Both the position numbers and the translations under genes were made by a program. The notes under the pieces are model-generated. The model saw nothing but the letters and a program-made list of their open reading frames with translations, did not search any database and had not been told where the DNA came from. This document shows positions 1 to 12,384 of a stretch of 64,000 nt of DNA, one piece after another. The stretch comes from Eledone cirrhosa (taxonomy: Eukaryota): contig OZ024747.1 in the NCBI GenBank assembly GCA_964016885.1, forward strand, positions 7,440,001-7,504,000. Reading direction: 5' to 3'. How positions within the stretch are numbered: the stretch's first letter is position 1; each line of letters starts with the position of its first letter.

Positions 1-71
1 TTTTCTCGTGCAATGGCCATACTCGATAACGAGGGGGAAGCCATCATGTATGTATGTATGTATGTATGTAT

Positions 72-254
72 GGGCCTAGCACTATGTGTCAATAATTGTC
101 ACAAGTGTTGTGTTTGTACCAGAGTTTTCAAGTCGCTGGCTGGACTAAAAAGTCACACTCGTTTAGCGCATCAGTAGGGGTTCTCCTACATGGATATAAA
201 GTGGTGGCCGTACTCGAAAACGAGTTGGCAGCCACCATGTATGTATGTATGTAT
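72..254 (+). mobile_element. 5'-truncated copy of non-coding retroposon 'family A' ending in (GTAT)n; a related terminus lies at 1-71
   Basis: Near-identical to 563-763, 31810-32010 and 49960-50163; fixed 3' end GAGTTGGCAGCCACCAT+(GTAT)n, variable 5' ends. Confidence 0.8.
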
Positions 255-763
255 GTGAAGCTTTTATAGTGAGCAAAGGCACTGCACAAAGCCAGTCCCA
301 CTCTCTTAACCAAGATGATATTTACCAAAAAGAAGAACAAGTCAACATAATTGGATACCATCAGAGTTGCAGGTGTTATATCAGAGTTTTCCTTCTCCTA
401 GAATTCTGCCTTGACAAAGGCTAAGGGGTCATCTCTCCCGGTGATTTTGGATGGCCATTTACTCTTAAGAGCTCCTTTGCCCTTTGACAGGTTTTGTTTT
501 TAGTCCTGCAGGATGTCCAAAGTCACCCTCCTCACCAAAAAACCTTGGTCACATGGTACCTTGTCGTCACATGGTACCATGGGCCCAGCACTATGTGTCA
601 GTAATTGTCACAAGTGTAGTGTTTGTACCAGAGTTTTCAAGTCGGTGGCTGGACTAAAAATTCACACTTGTTCAGCGCATCGGTAGGGGTTCTCCTACAT
701 GGATATAAAGTAGTGGCCGTACTCGAAAACGAGTTGGCAGCCACCATGTAAGTATGTATGTAT
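255..763 (+). mobile_element. Family A retroposon with inverted 5' segment (255-549 antisense, 561-763 sense)
   Basis: 255-440 is the reverse complement of 31582-31766; 561-763 matches 31806-31995 directly. Confidence 0.8.
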
Positions 764-769
764 TTGTGA

Positions 770-984
770 AGTCGCGTGGCTGACTGGTTAGAGAATTGGA
801 TTCGCAATCGTGAGGTTGTGAGTTTGATTCCTGGACCGGGTGATGCGTTATGTCCTTGGGCAAGACATTTTATTTCACGTTGCTCCTTCTACCTGGAGTT
901 GTGACCGATAGAGAGTATTAGCAATTAGAAAGACCAATGGAAACTTTATTTCCACGTTCCGATTTGACGAAAGTCGATCGACTG
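770..984 (+). mobile_element. tRNA-derived SINE with CORE/Meta-like central motif
   Basis: A-box-like TGGCTGACTGG, B-box-like GTTTGATTCC, motif GTCCTTGGGCAAGACA; second copy with the same tail at 37518-37692. Confidence 0.75.
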
Positions 985-1134
985 ACTATATTTGAGAAAA
1001 GGAAAAGAATGACTTCACTTGAAGTTCTAAACAATTTGATTTAATTTTATAATATTATAAAATTAAATCAAATTGTTTAGAACTACAAGTGAAGTCATTC
1101 TTTTCCTTTTCTCAAATATAATCAGTCGATCGAC
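973..1134. repeat. 162-bp near-perfect palindrome
   Basis: Arms are reverse-complementary around 1053/1054 (AAT|ATT) with 2 visible mismatches; arm sequence recurs at 18991-19028. Confidence 0.9.
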
Positions 1135-1330
1135 GAAGGAAGTGTGGTAAGGAACCACGTGGACCATAACGCACTAGAGTACTCGATACTTTGGGTAGTA
1201 GAGTGGGTAATGGGAAAAGGTTTAACCCCGACGGCAGAACTCAAGCCGTTTCGACGGCTATTTCTGGACTCCAGAAATACCCGTCGAAACTGCTTGAGCT
1301 CTGCCGTCGGGGTCCTGAACATTTTCCTAT
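1135..1330 (-). mobile_element. Fold-back Penelope-like short element carrying the 3' half of a hammerhead
   Basis: Inverted arms 1212-1267/1269-1328; GAAACGGC...GCCGTC motif; copies at 9378-9509, 34474-34606, 39617-39732, 48722-49000, all beside (TA)n. Confidence 0.7.
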
Positions 1331-1370
1331 ATATATATATACATACATATATATATATATATACATAGAT

Positions 1371-1406
<36 letters not shown>

Positions 1407-1749
1407 GTGTGTGTATGTATGTAAGTTTCTATATACATACGCACAGAGGGAGGTGGGGTGTATCTGAAAAATAGGAAGTAAGGATTTAAAGAGTTATGGA
1501 GAGAAATCTGAAGACGGTGTGTGTGAGTCTGAGACGAGGTGGGGGGGGGGCTGTATAAATGCAGGTGTTTATACCAAACTGCTCTCAGTTTACAAGAACA
1601 GAACCAATCCTAGAAAAGTCGAGGTTCTCTTGCCAAAATACTAGATATTTGTTTCTCTGGAATAATGGAGGATGTTACTAACGATGGTTGCTTTCTAAAA
1701 CGGGATGAGGCAAATACAACATCAACAAAAACTACAACAACAATAATGA

Positions 1750-1960
1750 TTTCTAATATAGGCACAAGGCCAGTAATTTGGGGGGGGGGAGTTGATTAAA
1801 TCGATCTCAGTACGTTACTGGTAGTTTATTTTATCGACCCGGTAAGGATGAAAGGCAAAGTTAACCTCGGCGGGATTTGAAGTCAGACCATAAATGGCCG
1901 TAACTCTATGCTGCAAAGCATGGCGTCTGACTCTCTACCGATACTGGCAATCCACCGCCC
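1750..1960 (-). mobile_element. tRNA-derived SINE with Nin/Deu-like domain
   Basis: Minus strand reads GGCGGTGGATTG head, degenerate B-box, GCCTTTCATCCTTACCGGGTCGATAAAATAAA core; at least 15 copies in the window. Confidence 0.85.
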
Positions 1961-2504
1961 TTTTCAAGATAATAATACTAATAACAAAGATAATTTCTAA
2001 TAAAGACACGAGACTAGGTGAGAAGTACAATATAGATGAAATCAAGGTGAGTACACACCTGATAGTTATTTTAGAGACTCTTGACAAGATAAAAGTCAAA
2101 GTCGGATCGAACGAGGTTCGAACTTAAGACATTTTCTCAAACACTTTACCTTTGCTGCGATACCTCAGCAGCTATTTTAGACGAGCAATAACTTTCTCCT
2201 CTCTCGTGTTACCCGCCTATATCGGATTTTCTACCTGTGGAAGTTATTAAAATACCTTAATTTAATGAGATTTTTTTCCCTCCCTGTTTTCAATAAAAAC
2301 GTTTATTTATTATAATGTTTGCCAAAATATTTGCAACTTAGCCCAGTTAACCTGGCTCTATGTATAAAAATCAAATCATATACAGCGATATGTTCCAAAT
2401 TCTTACCTAGAATATTTCTCCTCGAAATACCAGCCAAGATATTCAGCAATCCATATAAGTAATCTATTCATTAACACCATAAAGAACTTTTGAATTTTGA
2501 GTCA

Positions 2505-2800
2505 AAGCCCAAAAGCGATCGGTCGACCTACTAGAAACACCAGTCAAATCTCCCTCGAATCACATTTTGCTATCTTAAACAAAGGAAAGGATATATTGCA
2601 TAAGGTAGTTTCTTTTTTACACGCGCGCGCGCACACACACACTACACACACACGCACTCACTCACACACACACACAGACACACACACACACTACATACAC
2701 ATACACATACATACATCCATGCATATATATATTACCTTTGACCACAAGGTCTTGTCGGTCAGAACTGGTCTGAACTAAACAACAATAACAACAAAAAAAA
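2505..2800 (+). mobile_element. SINE-like dispersed repeat with (AAC)n tail
   Basis: Motif CTAGAAA..CAGYCAAATCTCCCTC.AATCACA shared with 26500-26710, 52500-52675, 61855-62060, 62100-62295 and, inverted, 60240-60435. Confidence 0.6.
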
Positions 2801-3305
2801 AACAACACGAGATTAAGTATTTTTTTTATCTCTCTTCAAAGAAAAAATGTGGATGAATCAATCAAATTTATTCTTGACTAAAAAAACGGCTCCCAGCCTG
2901 TTCAAGATCATTTTATGGTTTGATAACGAACGGTGGAGGTCGTAAAGGAATTAAAACTGGCACAGTGCCAGAAAGAATACGGAAAAACCACGTGTGTATT
3001 TTGCTCATCTAAAACGAAGCACATACATAGTATTCTGACTTGAACTTTTACCAAAGAATATGGTTTGAAGTGGAAAAAACATTCGAGAATATTCAAATTT
3101 GGTAGAGGATTGCTACCAAGGCTTATGGCACGAAAAATAAAACATGTTAGCCTGTAGAGGTGTTTTCTGTTCGTTCGTACTTACATATATACGATGGTTG
3201 CAAACTCTGCCAAGAGTATTGCAATCGCTTGTCAGATATGGCTTTTCAAGCCTGATAGAGACTTGCACTCCTTCACACACTGACGACAACCATGGATCTC
3301 CCTGG

Positions 3306-3701
3306 CATGTACAGATACAAAGCATATGCACATGCACACATATAACTCAAAACACCCCCCCCCTCACACACACACACACAATAACATCCACACCTGCACT
3401 TACACAAATGTATGCAGACATGCAGAAATATCTGCCTAGTTGATGTTGTGTAAATTCCAACGAGATTTTGTGTCTATGTTAGTAACCGACTCTCTCTCTA
3501 TTGGTAACCATTTATAAAATTATAAAACCAGAACATACATACATACATACATACATATATACATACATGCATACATACATGCATGCATACATACATGCAT
3601 GCATACATACATGCATGCATGCATCATACATACATACATACATACATATATACATACATAATACATACATGCATACATACATACATGCATACATACATAC
3701 A
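3306..3701 (+). mobile_element. 3' UTR of R4/Dong-like LINE family 1 with (CATA)n tail
   Basis: Aligns with 10767-10949, including CCTAGTTGATGTTGTGTAAATTCCA and AATTATAAAACCAGAA+(CATA)n. Confidence 0.75.
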
Positions 3702-3703
3702 TA

Positions 3704-4718
3704 CGAGGATGGGCTGAAAAGTTCATAGGTTGACTATGAAGGAGTGATGCTAGAGCTGAGAAATATTGCATGAATTAATTTCAACTCTTCTTATTAATAA
3801 CGGCATTGTTTCTTTCCAGGTAAACTGACACCTGACTGTTCAAAGAAGATTTCAAAAGTAACTAGTAGCGACTTCTCTTGAAAATGGACAAAATTTGACA
3901 TCGTGGTGTTATCAAGTACCTGCAGGAAAAGGGTTTAGCTCCCAAGGACATTCACGATGACATGGCTGCTACATTAGGGGCTGACGTTCCAGTTTTATCA
4001 ACAATGCTAAAGTGGCCAGCTGTATTTAAGAGTGGGAAGGAAGAGTCTTGAAGATGACCCAAGATCTGAATGTCCTGCAGCTGCCACCACCGAGTAAAAC
4101 GTTGATCCTGTTCACTACATGGTGATGGATGACAGGTGATTGATTATATATCAAATAGCCAATGTTATTAGTATTTCCCGTGGGAATCTTGAGAACATTC
4201 TGCACAATGAACCTGGCATGACGAAGGTTTCTGCTCGGTGGGTGTCACGTCTTCTGACAATTGATCAAAATCACACCAGGCTGATCACAAAAGATATTGT
4301 TTGAGGCAGATCCAGCTGGTTTCCTTGAATGTTTTCCTAACCTAGGGTGAGTGTTGGGTTCATCACTTTGAGCCAGAAACAAAGAGACAATCCATGAGTG
4401 GAGACACCCCCTCCTCCCCTGCTCCATAGAAGGCCAAAGTCGTTTTATCTTCAGGGAAGGTGATAACCTCAGTTTTGGGGGGTGCAAAAGGCATTGTGTT
4501 TATTGACTGTCTTCAAAAGGGCCACATCATCAATGGAGAGTAATATGCCAACTTGCTGAGGCAGGTATGAAAGGCTATCAAGACCAAACACTCAGGAAAA
4601 CTGATGAAAGGCGTCTTGTTTTATCAGGACAATGCTTCAGCACACAGGTAGTTGGTGTCAATGGCTGCTGTGCGTAACTGCGGCTTGGAACTGGTTGATC
4701 ACATACCCTAGTCTCCCA
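3704..4718 (+). mobile_element. Decayed mariner transposon (left TIR plus disrupted transposase from ATG 3884), 3'-truncated
   Basis: TA|CGAGGATGGGCTGAAAAGTTC terminus; conceptual translation gives HRGVIKYL, SLEDDPRS, KVSARWVSRLL (WVPRLL motif), WVHHFEPETKRQS, QDNASAH, with stops and frameshifts. Confidence 0.9.
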
Positions 4719-5749
4719 TGTTTGGCACTAGTGTCGCCATGTTGTCTAGATTAGCGGGTAACTAGAGACCATCTACAGATTGTCAGGAGATAAGGCTATC
4801 TTCCCTTGGTTGTCCAAGTGGTCACTACAGTTTAGTTTGTTCCAGCGACTAGAACAATGTAATTGTTCATAGATTCACTTTGACCCATTGCGGTCTTGCC
4901 CTTACGGCCAGCGGGCTTTACCAACATACGTTAGTTATATACAAATTTAAACACATTCACTGCAAACATCCACACCCAACTGTCACAAAAACACTCATAC
5001 AATTCAACTGTGAATATCTTTGTTTTTCCTATATTGTCACAATAACTTTGAAGCAAATCATTAATTAATAAAATTATTTAAGTAGCACCTATTGTTAATC
5101 GTTTCATTCAATACTGGCTATGGAAAACATATACCTCAACTCAATAAGACATACATACAGCGCTTTAGTTGGGACAGATCAATACCACATTCACCCATCA
5201 AGCCAACGTTTACTATTACAAAATTCCTGCCATACCACAATGAACCACTGACCAATTCAGACAACAACACAAACAATATCTAATTCAAATACTCGCTACA
5301 TACGCATGTGCAGAAGGCCCGTTACTAGTTTTTTTTTTTTTTATTTTTGCTATGAGCTTCGGAACATTTCGGGCGGACACTCTAATTCGCAAGAATTCTA
5401 AGGCAGAGTTTCAAAATAAGGATATCACCGTAATTTTTTCCTAAATTTGAGAGTGCCCCATTGGACATTGGGTGGAGGGGGCAATGTACTCAGTGGCCAT
5501 TTCACACCTAACTCTCCCTCAGCGACGGGCTCGTTGTGAAGAAACGAAAACATACTCTGACACATAGAAGCTTTACTGTTGGTTGGCTCCCAAATCATGT
5601 GTCACATGACTACAGCCATCTAACTCACTGCCAACATTAGTCCTGCTTGTTTACAACAGAGACTCGACCGGAAGTAGTATTAACTAGACATATGGGAAAT
5701 CAAATGGTACTAAAGATGATTTAATTACTTAATTATATGTTATTGTATC

Positions 5750-5797
<48 letters not shown>

Positions 5798-5877
5798 CAC
5801 ACATATATATATATATACAAATATATATACATACACACACACACACATATATATATATACATACATATAATATATAT

Positions 5878-5910
<33 letters not shown>

Positions 5911-5936
5911 CGCACATATATACATATACATATTTA

Positions 5937-6009
<73 letters not shown>

Positions 6010-6195
6010 ACATATACATATATATATATAACATACATATTTATGCACACTAAATTACTCACATACAATTAATTAAGCTAAACAACGTTACATTTCCCAC
6101 CTGGCCAGGTAATTTTACTTCCTGTCTTGTCATTAACTTAATGAATTCTTTTCTGAAAAACATATACATTACCTATACAATTATATACATATGTA

Positions 6196-6812
6196 GGAAC
6201 GCACTTCGGAAAACAAAATTAAAAACAAACGAGGAAGAATATATTGAGACAGATGGCACTAAGGAATACTGGTGGAACTTGAAAATAAAAACTGCCACCA
6301 AATTAAAGCAGAACCGGCCTAATATTGTTGTTTGGGACCACACATTGAAAACGTGTTCTGTTGTGGAGATCAGCTGCCCACTTGATGTAAACGTTGTCAG
6401 AAAAATACAGGAGAAGGACGACATCTACGGACCATTGATGAGGAGTTTACAAATCCAGTATCCAAGATACACCTTTAGCTATTGGAGCTACGGGTTATAT
6501 ACCAACCCGCTTGGACCAAAGTATAACTGAACTTGGATTTGCGGTCAAAGAGCGCAGCTCTCTAATTCATAGTCTACAAATGGCTGCGATAGCTGGCACC
6601 TTCAAAATTTGCAAAACATTCTTGCGATTCAAGGAATGACAATTTGTTTTCTTTTACAACCTTGCCACCAGGAAGGTGGCCGGTCAAAAATATACTCGAA
6701 ATTAAGAGAATGAAAGAACATACATACATGCATGCCTGTATGTATGTATGTATGTATGTATGTATGTATGTATGTATGTATGTATGTATGTATGTATGTA
6801 TGTATGTATGTA
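6196..6812 (+). mobile_element. 5'-truncated R4/Dong-like LINE family 2 (restriction-like endonuclease C-terminus, 3' UTR, tail)
   Basis: EYWWN...NRPNIVVWD...VVEISCP...K..IY (PD-D/ExK type); near-identical to 11056-11600. Confidence 0.85.
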
Positions 6813-7011
6813 TATATGTATTTCTACTAAGTTATCATATATATATATATATATTATTATCGTTTAACATCCATTTTTCCACATTAGCATGGGTTAGACG
6901 AGTTGTCCTGTTGTGGGCAATGCCAGACACATACACATATATATATATTAATATATTGCACACACACACATATATATATGTGTGTGTGTGTGTGTGTGTC
7001 TGTTTGAGTGC

Positions 7012-7044
<33 letters not shown>

Positions 7045-7122
7045 AGTTATTCCGGGTTGAATCGGAGTTAACCACAGTAAGTAAAGTACTCAATACATTG
7101 CAGAGTAGTTTTAATATAGAAG

Positions 7123-7173
7123 AGCTTCTACAGGACTAAAACTGTTTCATTTGTGAGAAATCATCAGGAAGCT
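7123..7173 (-). ncRNA. Type I hammerhead ribozyme-like fold (family a), inside palindrome 7114-7227
   Basis: Minus strand AGCTTC-CTGATGA-TTTCTCACAAAT-GAAA-CAG(N8)CTG-TA-GAAGCT; stems I and III pair, base of stem II is non-canonical. Confidence 0.7.
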
Positions 7174-7219
7174 CTGATGATTTCTCACGAATGAAACAGT
7201 TCTAGTCCTGTAGAAGCTC

Positions 7220-7282
<63 letters not shown>

Positions 7283-7309
7283 TATATGCATATATATATA
7301 TATATATAC

Positions 7310-7402
<93 letters not shown>

Positions 7403-7407
7403 TATAC

Positions 7408-7536
<129 letters not shown>

Positions 7537-7574
7537 ATTAAATAAATGGAAAACTATATTTATAAAACCATATT

Positions 7575-7640
7575 TATTTCATTATATATATTTCGGGGAT
7601 ATCATATTAACAATATGCTATGCCTTCATCAGACAAAATA
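7575..7640 (-). ncRNA. Type I hammerhead fold (family b)
   Basis: TATTTTGT-CTGATGA-stem II-GAAA-T-ATAT-ATA-ATGAAATA. Confidence 0.7.
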
Positions 7641-7824
7641 CAATATAAACAGTTTTATAGATAAATAGATTCGACATACCGTAATAACACCGACTTCATT
7701 TGAAGAGGTTTACGCTGGCAGTCTATTTAATATTGTAAATATACTCCAAATATTTGTCGAGTGCTTTTATATCAGTTATAAATATTTACTAGTTGTAACC
7801 CAACAATTTTAAATATAACTTTAC

Positions 7825-8064
<240 letters not shown>

Positions 8065-8078
8065 GTATATATATATAA

Positions 8079-8358
8079 TCGACTGGAAGCATGGAAGCAT
8101 ATACTGACGAATTTGCAGGTAGGTGGCAGCAGATGTCTTTTTTAAACGTCGTCATCATATCTTCAAGGACACACACAATCAATGCTATTGACATACCGAG
8201 TTCTGTCTGTCATATTTGTCACAGAATTTGTAAAACATCTGCTGGTCTTAAGACACATCTCAGAGCACACAGACTCATGACGATGAACGGAATTTGACTG
8301 AGCATTCAAGAATGACACGACTACCATCTGATAAGATGGAGCAATCATCATCATCATT

Positions 8359-8362
<4 letters not shown>
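8079..8362 (+). mobile_element. 3' fragment of RTE-type LINE with C-terminal C2H2 finger and (CAT)n tail
   Basis: [21 protein letters not shown] followed by a short UTR and CAT repeats; flanked by (TA)n. Confidence 0.7.
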
Positions 8363-8433
<71 letters not shown>

Positions 8434-8496
8434 AATATATATAATAAATATATAAAATAAATATGGTTTTATAAAGATAGCTTCCATTTATTAATA

Positions 8497-8672
<176 letters not shown>

Positions 8673-8713
8673 ATAATATTAATAAATGGAAGCTATCTTT
8701 ATAAAACCATATT

Positions 8714-8774
8714 TATTTTATTATATATATTTCAAGGGTACCAACATTTTGGTACGCCCTCATCAGATAAAATA
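8714..8774 (-). ncRNA. Type I hammerhead fold (family b)
   Basis: TATTTTAT-CTGATGA-GGGCGTACCAAAATGTTGGTACCCTT-GAAA-T-ATAT-ATA-ATAAAATA; perfect 8-bp stem I. Confidence 0.8.
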
Positions 8775-8957
8775 CAAAAGTTGGTTTGCAGATAGTGACA
8801 TATTCAAACTAGAACTTAATGCTGTGAGTTCTATTTGAATAGAAATAGAACTCAATAAAGGGGACGCGAGGGTAAACAAACAAAATGGTGAAGCAACAGA
8901 AAGTGAGGAAGAAAGAGACAAGTCCCAGATTTCTATGAATTTAAGTATATATATATA

Positions 8958-9296
8958 TGGCTTAGTGGTTAGAGCATTGGCCTTGCAATCGAAAGGTTGT
9001 GAGTTCAATTCCCAGACCGGGTGATGTGTTGTTTCCTTGAGCAAGATACTTTATTTCACATTGCTCCAGTTTACTCAGCTGTAGAAATGAGATGATAGGG
9101 ACTGGGGTCCCTATCATTCCACTGCAAAGTGGACATGTAGGTGCCATGGAAAAATAGCACCCAGCACTCACTGTAAATGAGGTTGGTGTTAGGAAGGGCA
9201 TCCAGCTGTAGAAATCAAGCCAGAATCAGTTCCCGTCCCACCCTTGCAAGCAGGGAAAAGTGGACGTAAAATGAAATGATGATGATGAATGATGAT
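8958..9296 (+). mobile_element. tRNA/CORE-like SINE with RTE-derived 3' tail, (GAT)n end
   Basis: TGGCTTAGTGG A-box, GTTCAATTCC B-box, CCTTGAGCAAGATACT; tail GGTTGGTGTTAGGAAGGGCATC matches the 3' UTR of the LINE at 12381-12560. Confidence 0.8.
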
Positions 9297-9523
9297 ATAT
9301 GCATATATATATATATGTATATCATATATATATATATATATATATGATATATTTATATCATATATATATATATATGAAAAGATTCAGGACTCCGACGGCT
9401 GAGCTGCGGCAGTTTCGACAGCTAGATATAGCTCGCGAAACGGCCGGAGCTCAGCCGTCAGTGTTCTGGTGGGTTATAGTCCACCTAGTATTTTACCACA
9501 CCCTCTCTGATATATATATATAT

Positions 9524-9627
9524 ATTGCGCGGAAAACCGGGGTTCGATTCCCCGCAGGGGAGGCTATAATTTTACTCGCGCGGTGCCCCAGCATGGCCTC
9601 AGCCAGATGGCTGGAACAGGTAAAAGA

Positions 9628-9630
<3 letters not shown>
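9524..9630 (+). mobile_element. Fragment with tRNA(Asp)-like 3' half joined to a common retroposon tail
   Basis: CCGGGGTTCGATTCCCCGCAGGGGAG T-arm, then GTGCCCCAGCATGGCC; related tails at 17620, 28190-28235 (-) and 59050. Confidence 0.55.
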
Positions 9631-9684
<54 letters not shown>

Positions 9685-9730
9685 CATATGTATATATATA
9701 TACGTACATACATACGTACATACATACATA

Positions 9731-9976
9731 CGGGTTATATACCAACCCGCTTGGACCAAAGTATGACTGAACTTGGATTTGCGGCCAAAGTGCGCAACTC
9801 CCTAATTCATAGTCTACAAATGGCTGCGATAGCTGGCACCTTCAAAATTTGCAAAACATTCTTGCGATTCAAGGGATGACAATTTCTTTTCTTTTACAAC
9901 CTTGCCACCAGGAAGGTGGCCGGTCAAAAAAAATATACTCGAAATTAAGAGAAAGAGATAACATACATACATACAT
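9731..9976 (+). mobile_element. Short 3' fragment of R4/Dong-like family 2
   Basis: GYIPTRLDQSMTELGF...KICKTFLRFKG* plus UTR and (CATA)n. Confidence 0.85.
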
Positions 9977-9977
9977 A

Positions 9978-10949
9978 TGTTGCCAGGAAGCTCCAGAGTG
10001 AGAGTAATATAGATAAGGAAAGTAGTCTATCTTGAACCAACAACCGCTATATTGGCTCCCACTTTGAAGGATGCGCTTTTGCAATCTAAGAACAGGAGAA
10101 TACCCGATTCACATAAGAGATAGGGATGCAGGCAAAACACCTAGATTTGATAACAAGTGCAGACTCAGCAGAACTAACATTGAGGATATCACCCATGTCA
10201 TCAGCAGCTGTCCAAAGATGTCATCGCGGTACTATCTACCTATGAGGCATGATGTAGTGGCCAAAACACTGTACAATGCAGTTCGTAAAAAAGATAGCCC
10301 CGATAATAAACACATTAAAAGCTACAGTAATGTGGAAGACATCCATGTACATAATATGAAAGAGTACTGGTGGAATGTTCCAGTAAAAACCCCAATAAAA
10401 TGCAGGCATAACAGACCAGATATTATGATATGGGACAGGGAGAAGAAAGCATGCACAGTAGTGGAAGTTAGCTGCCCAGAAGATACCAATATAATATCAA
10501 AGATTAGGGAAAAGGAGAATATTTATGCAGAACTGATGAGAAATCTGCAGATACTCCACCCTGTTTTCACCTTCAGATTTATGCCTGTGATTATTGGGGA
10601 ACTGGGGTATGTTAGTAACTGCCTCAATACAAATCTTGAGAAGCTAGGCTTCACAGGAACAGAAAGAACACAACTAGTTAGGAAATTACAAGTACAATCC
10701 ATTAATGGAACAGTAAAAATATGTAAAACATTCCAAAAATGTTGCATCTAATAACTGCATATACACATGTACAGATGCAAAGCATATACATATGCACATA
10801 TACAACTCAAAACATCCACATCCACACATACAATAACATCCATATCTGCACATGCATGCATACATAATCTACCTAGTTGATGTTGTGTAAATTCCATTGG
10901 GAAAACTTTGTGAAATTATAAAACCAGAAAAACATACATACATACATAC
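9978..10949 (+). mobile_element. 5'-truncated R4/Dong-like LINE family 1 (ORF 10071-10751)
   Basis: Degenerate CCHC knuckle (CRLS...HVISSC), RHD motif, RPDIMIWD...VEVSCP...KENIY endonuclease; (CATA)n tail. Confidence 0.9.
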
Positions 10950-11600
10950 TGGTAAAATAAAGATCGAGGATGTAAGCCACATTGTTGCCAGCTGCGAAAG
11001 AATGTCATCTCGCTACTACCTCCCATGAGACACGATGGGATAGCTAGAACCATCTGGAACGCACTTCGGAAAACGAAATTAACAACAAACGAGGAAGAAT
11101 ATATTGAGACAGATGGCACTAAGGAATACTGGTGGAACTTGAAAATAAAAACTGCCACCAAATTAAAGCACAACCGGCCTAATATTGTTGTTTGGGGCCA
11201 CACATTGAAAACGTGTTCTGTTGTGGAGATCAGCTGCCCACTTGATATAAACGTTGTCAGAAAAATACAGAAGGAGGACATCTACGGACCATTGATGAGG
11301 AGTTTACAAATCCAGTATCCAAGATACACCTTTAGCTTCATACCCATCATTATTGGAGCTACAGGTTATATACCAACCCGCTTGGACCAAAGTATGACTG
11401 AACTTGGATTTGCGGACAAATAGCGCAGCTCCCTAATACATAGTCTACAAATGGCTGCGATAGCTGGCACCTTCAAAATTTGCAAAACATTCTTGCGATT
11501 CAAGGAATGACAATTTCTTTTCTTTTACAACCTTGCCACTAGGAAGGTGGCCGGTCAAAAAAATATACTCGAAATTAAGAGAAAGAGATAACATACATAC
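10950..11600 (+). mobile_element. 5'-truncated R4/Dong-like LINE family 2
   Basis: MRHDGIA...NRPNIVVW...VEISCP; premature stop at 11421; (CATA) tail. Confidence 0.9.
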
Positions 11601-12318
11601 ACACATACACTCATAAACACAATGCTGGTAAGCAGGATATGGTGAGCAGTGAAACAGGTTATGGCAAAAGCTATAAAACTTGCATGAAATTTGTTATAAG
11701 ATGTCAAAATGACAGAATAATGTAATATTATATATATGTGTTTATATGTGTGTGTGTGTGTGTTTATGTGTGTGTGTGAGTGTGAGTGTGTGTATAAATA
11801 TACATATTTGCATATATATTTATGTATATATTTATGTATATATATATATATGTGTATATATATAGAGAGAGAGAGATTTATATATATATGTATATATATA
11901 TACATATCTATATATAAAGAGATATTTATATATATACATAGCTATATATATATATTTATATATATATATGTGTGTGCGTGCGCGCCTTTATGTGTGTATG
12001 CCTGTTTGAGTGTATGTGTGTGTGTAGGTACTGCGTAAAACATATTGGTGACGTATGTGTGTAACATACTCAATTGAAATCAATACATACTTATAGAGGT
12101 ACACTGGCACCAGAGACACACAGACATACACACTTACACAGACATACACACGTACACACAGACATACACACTTACACACAGACATACACACTTACATACT
12201 TACAAATGTGTTTGTCGGGTGTATAGACCAGTTTTATGCTGAGTAGAGAAACAGGATGTAGGTGAACGAGTTATGCGTGTGTGTGTGTGTGTACATTTGT
12301 TTATACACACACACACCT

Positions 12319-12380
<62 letters not shown>

Positions 12381-12384
<4 letters not shown>

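Noticed and set aside
4602-4608. Isolated CTGATGA/TCATCAG heptamers (also near 22878, 45770, 47223, 62746)
   Set aside because: Inside TE coding or satellite sequence, without stems
8091-8297. Host C2H2 zinc-finger gene
   Set aside because: A single finger followed by a short UTR and (CAT)n tail fits a LINE C-terminus
9524-9562. Functional tRNA gene
   Set aside because: Only the 3' half is present, fused to a retroposon tail
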